From: Coleofasciculus sp. B1-GNL1-01
GTDB taxonomy: Bacteria > Cyanobacteriota > Cyanobacteriia > Cyanobacteriales > Coleofasciculaceae
Assembly: GCA_040220235.1 (NCBI GenBank)
Contig: JAVJTO010000122.1
DNA length: 57,097 nucleotides
Reading direction: 5' to 3' (one strand)
Made by a program: the position numbers and the translations under genes. The first letter of the stretch is position 1. Each line of letters begins with the position of its first letter. Positions 52,557 through 57,097 of this stretch are shown here, piece by piece. The notes beneath the pieces were generated by a model, which had not been told where the DNA came from, searched no databases, and worked only from the letters and a program-made list of their open reading frames with translations.

Positions 52557-53630
52557 ATGCGCCTTAGCCTAGAACCCTTTACTGTTCACAAGCGATTTCC
52601 CTTAACCATTAGTCGCGGTACAACCTCCCACACCACCAATATCTGGGTGCGGCTAGAACATCAGGGGATAGAGGGTTGGGGTGAAGCCTCTCCCTTTGCG
52701 ATCGCGACTCCATCCCATCCCTCAAATCAAACTCCCCAAACGACTCAGAAGTTGTTGGATGCACTGGAGTTAGTGATACCGACATTAGAAGCCTATACCC
52801 CCTGGGAACGCCAGAAAATTGAACGAGTCTTAGCCGATGCGGATGCACCATCGGCGGTTAGGGCGGCGATTGATATCGCATTACAGGATTGGTTGGGAAA
52901 ACACTTAGGCGTTCCCTTATGGAAATTGTGGGGATGTAATCGTCATCGGATTGTGCCAATTTCCGCCACGGTAGGAATTGGTACACCGGAAGCCGTCAAA
53001 CAACGAGTGCGAAATTGGATACCGATTACGGGGGGCAATGTGCTTAAACTTAAACTTGGTTCCCCTGACGGAATTGAAGCCGATCGCGAAATGGTATTAG
53101 CTATCCGAGATGTCGCCCCCCAAGCCCAATTAACCGTTGATGCGAATGGCGGTTGGAGTATAGACGACGCTGTGAAAATGTGCGACTGGTTAGCCCAACA
53201 GGGTGTTAAATACGTCGAACAACCTCTTCCCGCCGGACAAGAGGCGGATTTACCTCACCTGTATTCGCGATCGCCTTTGCCTATTTTCGTGGATGAAAGC
53301 TGCTTTACCAGTGAGGATATTCCACCTTTGGCGAATTGCGTTCACGGGATTAATATCAAATTGATGAAATCCGGTGGATTAACTGAAGCCTTGCGGATGG
53401 TACATACGGCTAAAGCCTGTGGATTACAGGTGATGTATGGCTGCTATTCCGATAGTACCCTCGCCAATACCGCCGCCTCTCATTTATCCTCGTTCGCCGA
53501 TTATCTAGATTTAGACAGCCATTTAAATTTAGCCGACGATCCCTTCACCGGGGCGACACTGCAAGATGGACGATTGATACCGAATAATTTATCAGGATTG
53601 GGAGTACAACGCCATGTATCTGACGAGTGA
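52557..53630 (+). CDS. Dipeptide epimerase / N-acetyl-D-Glu racemase-like (enolase superfamily, DgcA-like)
   Basis: TISRG, KLKLG, VDANGG, EQP, DES, NIKLMKSGG and DLD motifs; start at ATG 52557. Confidence 0.88.
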   Translation: MRLSLEPFTVHKRFPLTISRGTTSHTTNIWVRLEHQGIEGWGEASPFAIATPSHPSNQTPQTTQKLLDALELVIPTLEAYTPWERQKIERVLADADAPSAVRAAIDIALQDWLGKHLGVPLWKLWGCNRHRIVPISATVGIGTPEAVKQRVRNWIPITGGNVLKLKLGSPDGIEADREMVLAIRDVAPQAQLTVDANGGWSIDDAVKMCDWLAQQGVKYVEQPLPAGQEADLPHLYSRSPLPIFVDESCFTSEDIPPLANCVHGINIKLMKSGGLTEALRMVHTAKACGLQVMYGCYSDSTLANTAASHLSSFADYLDLDSHLNLADDPFTGATLQDGRLIPNNLSGLGVQRHVSDE

Positions 53631-54675
53631 TCAGCGCGTCGCTATTTTATTACATGAAGGGATTCGCGGCGATCACGGCAAAACCGGATTAACGCTGCTA
53701 CGGTATGGGGAAGCAACGGTGGTGGCGGTGATTGATCAAGACTGTGCGGGAGAGTCGTTATCGGACTTAACTGGAATTAATTGTACTGCACCGATTGTGG
53801 CTTCAGTCAGTTCAGCCCTCGCCTACAATCCGACTATATTAGCCATTGGAATTGCCCCATCGGGGGGACGGTTGCCAGAGGTTTGGTGGCAAGAAGTTAA
53901 GCAGGGAATCGCGGCTGGACTTTCCGTTTATAACGGCTTGCATACGCCCATGGCATCTGATCCAGAGTTACAGGAATTACTTCAACCGAATCAACAAATT
54001 TGGGATATTCGTCAGGAACCCCAGGGTTTAGGGATTGGCAAAGCCCAAGCGCGATCGCTGTCTTGTCAACGGATTTTAACGGTTGGCACGGATATGAGTG
54101 TGGGAAAAATGTCTACCAGTATTGAGTTCCATCGCGCCGCTTGTCGCCAGGGAATCAAGTCTAAGTTTTTGGCAACCGGGCAAGCGGGGTTAATGATTGC
54201 TGGAGATGGTATTGCTTTAGATGCAATTCGGGTTGATTTTGCGGCGGGTGCGGTTGAACAAATCGTGATGAAATTTGGCAAGGATTATGAGTTATTAATG
54301 ATAGAAGGACAGGGGTCACTGATTCATCCTGGTTCTACAGCAACCTTACCCCTAATTCGAGGCACACAACCGACAGGGTTAATCGTAGTTCATCGCGCTG
54401 GACAAACTCATATTCGCCATTGCCCGGATGTGGCGATTCCACCGTTACGGGAGGTGATTCACCTCTATGAAACTGTGGCGAGGGCGGGAGGGGCGTTTGC
54501 ACCAATTCCAGTCGTGGCAATTGCCTTAAATACGGCGCATTTGCCAGAGAAGAAAGCACAAGACGCGATCGCCCAGGTTCAGGATGAGACAGGTTTACCT
54601 TGTACGGATGTGGTACGGTTTGGGGCAGATTTATTGGTTGATAAGTGGGTGGACACAATTAAAGTTAACGGTTGA
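53614..54675 (+). CDS. DUF1611 protein (DgcN-like D-glutamate N-acetyltransferase)
   Basis: GKTG..LLRY, GIAP.GG, NGLH, GTDMSVGKM, ATGQ and EGQGSL.HP motifs; overlaps the epimerase gene. Confidence 0.88.
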   Translation: MYLTSDQRVAILLHEGIRGDHGKTGLTLLRYGEATVVAVIDQDCAGESLSDLTGINCTAPIVASVSSALAYNPTILAIGIAPSGGRLPEVWWQEVKQGIAAGLSVYNGLHTPMASDPELQELLQPNQQIWDIRQEPQGLGIGKAQARSLSCQRILTVGTDMSVGKMSTSIEFHRAACRQGIKSKFLATGQAGLMIAGDGIALDAIRVDFAAGAVEQIVMKFGKDYELLMIEGQGSLIHPGSTATLPLIRGTQPTGLIVVHRAGQTHIRHCPDVAIPPLREVIHLYETVARAGGAFAPIPVVAIALNTAHLPEKKAQDAIAQVQDETGLPCTDVVRFGADLLVDKWVDTIKVNG

Positions 54676-54759
54676 GATTAGGGAACAGGGAACAGTAAGG
54701 GTTTGAAGGCGATTTACTTGCATTTAATACAGTACCGTTTTCTTTTGTCCGACTACTTA
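54642..54759. mobile_element. 118-bp MITE overlapping the 3' end of the DUF1611 gene
   Basis: Imperfect TIRs TAAGTGGGTGGACA / TGTCCGACTACTTA; other copies at 29619-29721 and (fragment) 7036-7072. Confidence 0.75.
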
Positions 54760-54897
54760 CTGTAATGAAAGTGTTATGATAATTTTCCTATTTGATGGAT
54801 TAGAGTTACATGATTATGTTTTTTTACGCAGAGGGCAATGTCGCGATCGCGTCTTTCACCTGATCCCATCCATTCAAACTCAATGGGTATTCTAACC

Positions 54898-55463
54898 ATG
54901 AAGCGCCGAAACTTCTGCAAAAATGCTGTGCTAGGAACAGCAGGGTTCACCACAGTAGCCTCAACTCAAAGTACTCCTCAACCTGAAGCTTCTACACCAA
55001 CTCAACCCGCGATTCAATGGCGCATGGCAACCAGTTGGCTCAAAAGTGATATTACCTTTAATGCGGTGGAAGAACTTTGTCAACGAGTCAAGGTGGCGAC
55101 GAATGGACGGTTTGTGATTATTCCCTATCCGGCGGGTGAAATTGTTCCCCCATTACAGGTATTTGATGCGGTTAAAGCGGGAACGGTTGAGTGTGGTCAT
55201 ACCACGGTGCTGTATTACCTTGAAAAAAATCCCACCTTAATCTTTAGCATTTCTGTTCCCTTTGGACTAACAACGTATCAACAAAATGCTTGGCTACATT
55301 ATGGGGGCGGTTTAGAGATAATGCATCAGATCTATGCTGACTTTGGCATTATCGCATTTCCGGCTGGTGCGGTGGGTATCCAAATGGGTGGATGGTTCAA
55401 CAAAGAAATGAATCGTTCAACTGACTTTAAAGGACTAAAAATTCGCATTCCTGGATGGGGAGC
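54898..55463 (+). pseudogene. TRAP transporter substrate-binding protein (DctP/TakP-like), truncated by IS insertion
   Basis: Tat-like MKRRNF, WRMATSW, AGEIVP, QMGGWF and GLKIRIPG motifs; homology stops at the IS left end. Confidence 0.85.
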
Positions 55464-55539
55464 CAGGGTAAGCTCATCTAATTTGGTATAAATTGTACTT
55501 GACAAAAGCCAAAGTCATTTGAGATTCAGAAAGGTTTGT

Positions 55540-55695
55540 GATCGCGCCCCTAACGGGGTAAGCCAAAACGGTGATCAGGCGGTGATTATGGAGGAAGATG
55601 AAGGGGGAAAGCGATCGCGCCCCTGACGGGGTGAACCAAAAACTTGGTTGGGCGGTCATGGTGGAGCAAGAGGAAGAGGAAAGCGATCGCGCCCT
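55540..55695. repeat. Degenerate 72-73-bp tandem repeat (2+ copies) with HIP1 and CCCC-N4-GGGG hairpin
   Basis: GATCGCGCCC recurs at 55540, 55613 and 55685; units are similar along their whole length. Confidence 0.75.
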
Positions 55696-55815
55696 TGATA
55701 TAGGTCAACCTGACTTGGACAAGCAAACCGATAAAAAATGTACTTGACATAGCTAGCTTGCATAAGTGAGATTACAGCAATGCGCTTACCCTTGAAACTC
55801 CAGGAATGAAGCTTT

Positions 55816-57078
55816 ATGTCTGAAGGATTTGAAACTCAATCGGATCAAGCCAAGAAAAGTAATCGTCATCAGCCAAAGCCAAAAGAAGCCGTCTCAATTG
55901 AAGTTATTCAACAGAGTTTAGTCAAAAATTTTTCGCTCCATAAGAGATCCAAGAGTAGAGCGAACAAAGAAACATCAACTCACCGATATTTTAGTGATTG
56001 CGATTCTTGCCGTCATCGCCGGAGCGCAAGGGTGGGAAGATATTGAGAATTACGGCATCAGTAAGCAGCAGTGGTTAGAAGAATTTTTAGCACTACCAAA
56101 CGGAATCCCGTCCGATGACACTTTCCGACGGGTATTTGAGTTCATCAACCCAGAAGAATTGAATCGTTGCTTTCTCAAATGGGTAGAAACTCTGGTGACC
56201 AAGATGGGAGGAGAGATAATTCCCATAGACGGAAAAACAATTCGGGGTTCTTACGACCGAAATCAAAGAAAATCAGCACTACATATGATTAGTGCCTGGG
56301 CAAGTGAACAAAACTTGGTATTAGCACAGATGAAAGTGGAAGATAAATAAACACGAAATTACAGCTATTCCTGCCTTATTAGAATTACTAGATATCACCG
56401 ATGCTATTATCACCATTGATGCGATGGGGACTCAAACCGAAATTGCTCAAAAGATTATCGAAAAGAAAGCGGATTATGTCCTGGCACTCAAGGCAAATCA
56501 TCCGACTCTCTACCACCAGGTTAAAACATGGTTTGAACAAGCTTCGGCACAGAATTTTAAAGGCATTGATGTCAGTTATGATCAACGTATTGAAAAAGGA
56601 CATTATCGCACGGAAATCCGTCAAGTCTGGTCGGTTCCGGCTTCGGCTATTGGCGAACTTTACCAACCCCGACTTTGGGTAGGAATTCAAAGTGTTGTTA
56701 TGGTTATCCGGGTTCGCCGTCTTTGGAATCACACTACTCGTGATGTTCAGTTTTATCTGACTTCTTTACACAGTGACGCCCTACTTTTAGGTCGAGCTAT
56801 CCGCAAACATTGGGGTATTGAAAACCAGGCTCATTGGACTCTGGATTGTACTTTCGCTCCCAGATGCTTGTCGGATTCGCTCCTTCCACAGTCCCCGGAA
56901 TTTTTCTCTCCTCCGACGCATTGCTCTCAATGCGCTCAATCGTGAACAAACTTACCAACGTAGTCTCCGACAAAAAATGAAACGGACTGCTATGGATAAC
57001 GATTATATGATTCGAGTTCTTTCCTCGTGTTTCATTGACTCTACCTTAAATTCCTCTGACTCCTTATGTCAAGCCTAA
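55816..57078 (+). pseudogene. ISAs1 DDE transposase, disrupted
   Basis: DPRVERTK.H.L.DIL, GIPSDDTF, IDGKT.RGS, DAMGTQ and HWGIEN..HW.LD motifs are spread over several frames. Frameshift ~55935, stop/frameshift ~56350, frameshift ~56860. Confidence 0.92.
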
Positions 57079-57097
57079 TTTAGATGCTCTTACCCTG

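Larger units (their letters stand above)
55464..57097 (+). mobile_element. ISAs1-family insertion sequence
   Basis: TIRs CAGGGTAAGCTCATCTAA (55464) and revcomp CAGGGTAAGAGCATCTAA (window end); encloses an ISAs1 transposase. Confidence 0.9.

Noticed and set aside
55540..55695. CRISPR-like 72-73-bp periodicity with hairpin
   Set aside because: The would-be spacers are similar to one another along their length, and there is no GAAAC-type end at a constant repeat boundary; it is a degenerate tandem repeat.

Overview
Chromosomal segment from a filamentous cyanobacterium. The evidence is dense HIP1 GCGATCGC octamers, heptamer STRR repeats, many MITE/REP-like elements and cyanobacteria-typical genes (ebsA, ndhD, pacS/ctaA); it resembles Coleofasciculus/Oscillatoriales, which is an inference. 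Core content: two Cu P1B-ATPases (pacS with a MerR-type operator, and ctaA); a guanidine-I riboswitch with an NtcA-like box upstream of gdmH-hypA-hypB; holB-tmk; alr; menC-P450-menE; ndhD; sdhA; thrC-moaD; rbsK; a DRTGG protein; ebsA; HIT; and dgcA/dgcN-like genes. Accessory content: an apparently intact IscB (OMEGA) nuclease with its omega/HEARO RNA; two STAND-type ATPase/WD40 loci; an AT-rich FkbM methyltransferase; a PEP-CTERM protein; a decayed ISAs1 element that truncates a TRAP binding-protein gene; and a single probable CRISPR repeat at the left edge. Most notable observations: (i) a glutathione-reductase paralogue with a reciprocal Lys/Glu swap of the conserved flavin ion pair and an eroded NADPH site; (ii) a ~400-nt ORF-less group II intron-like RNA with a decayed catalytic domain; (iii) a P450 embedded between menC and menE; (iv) IscB with atypical ends; (v) repeated in-frame insertion of small DNA repeats into otherwise intact enzymes; (vi) two genes each broken by a single TAG at a probable Trp position. 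All family calls come from motif recognition by eye; no database searches were run.
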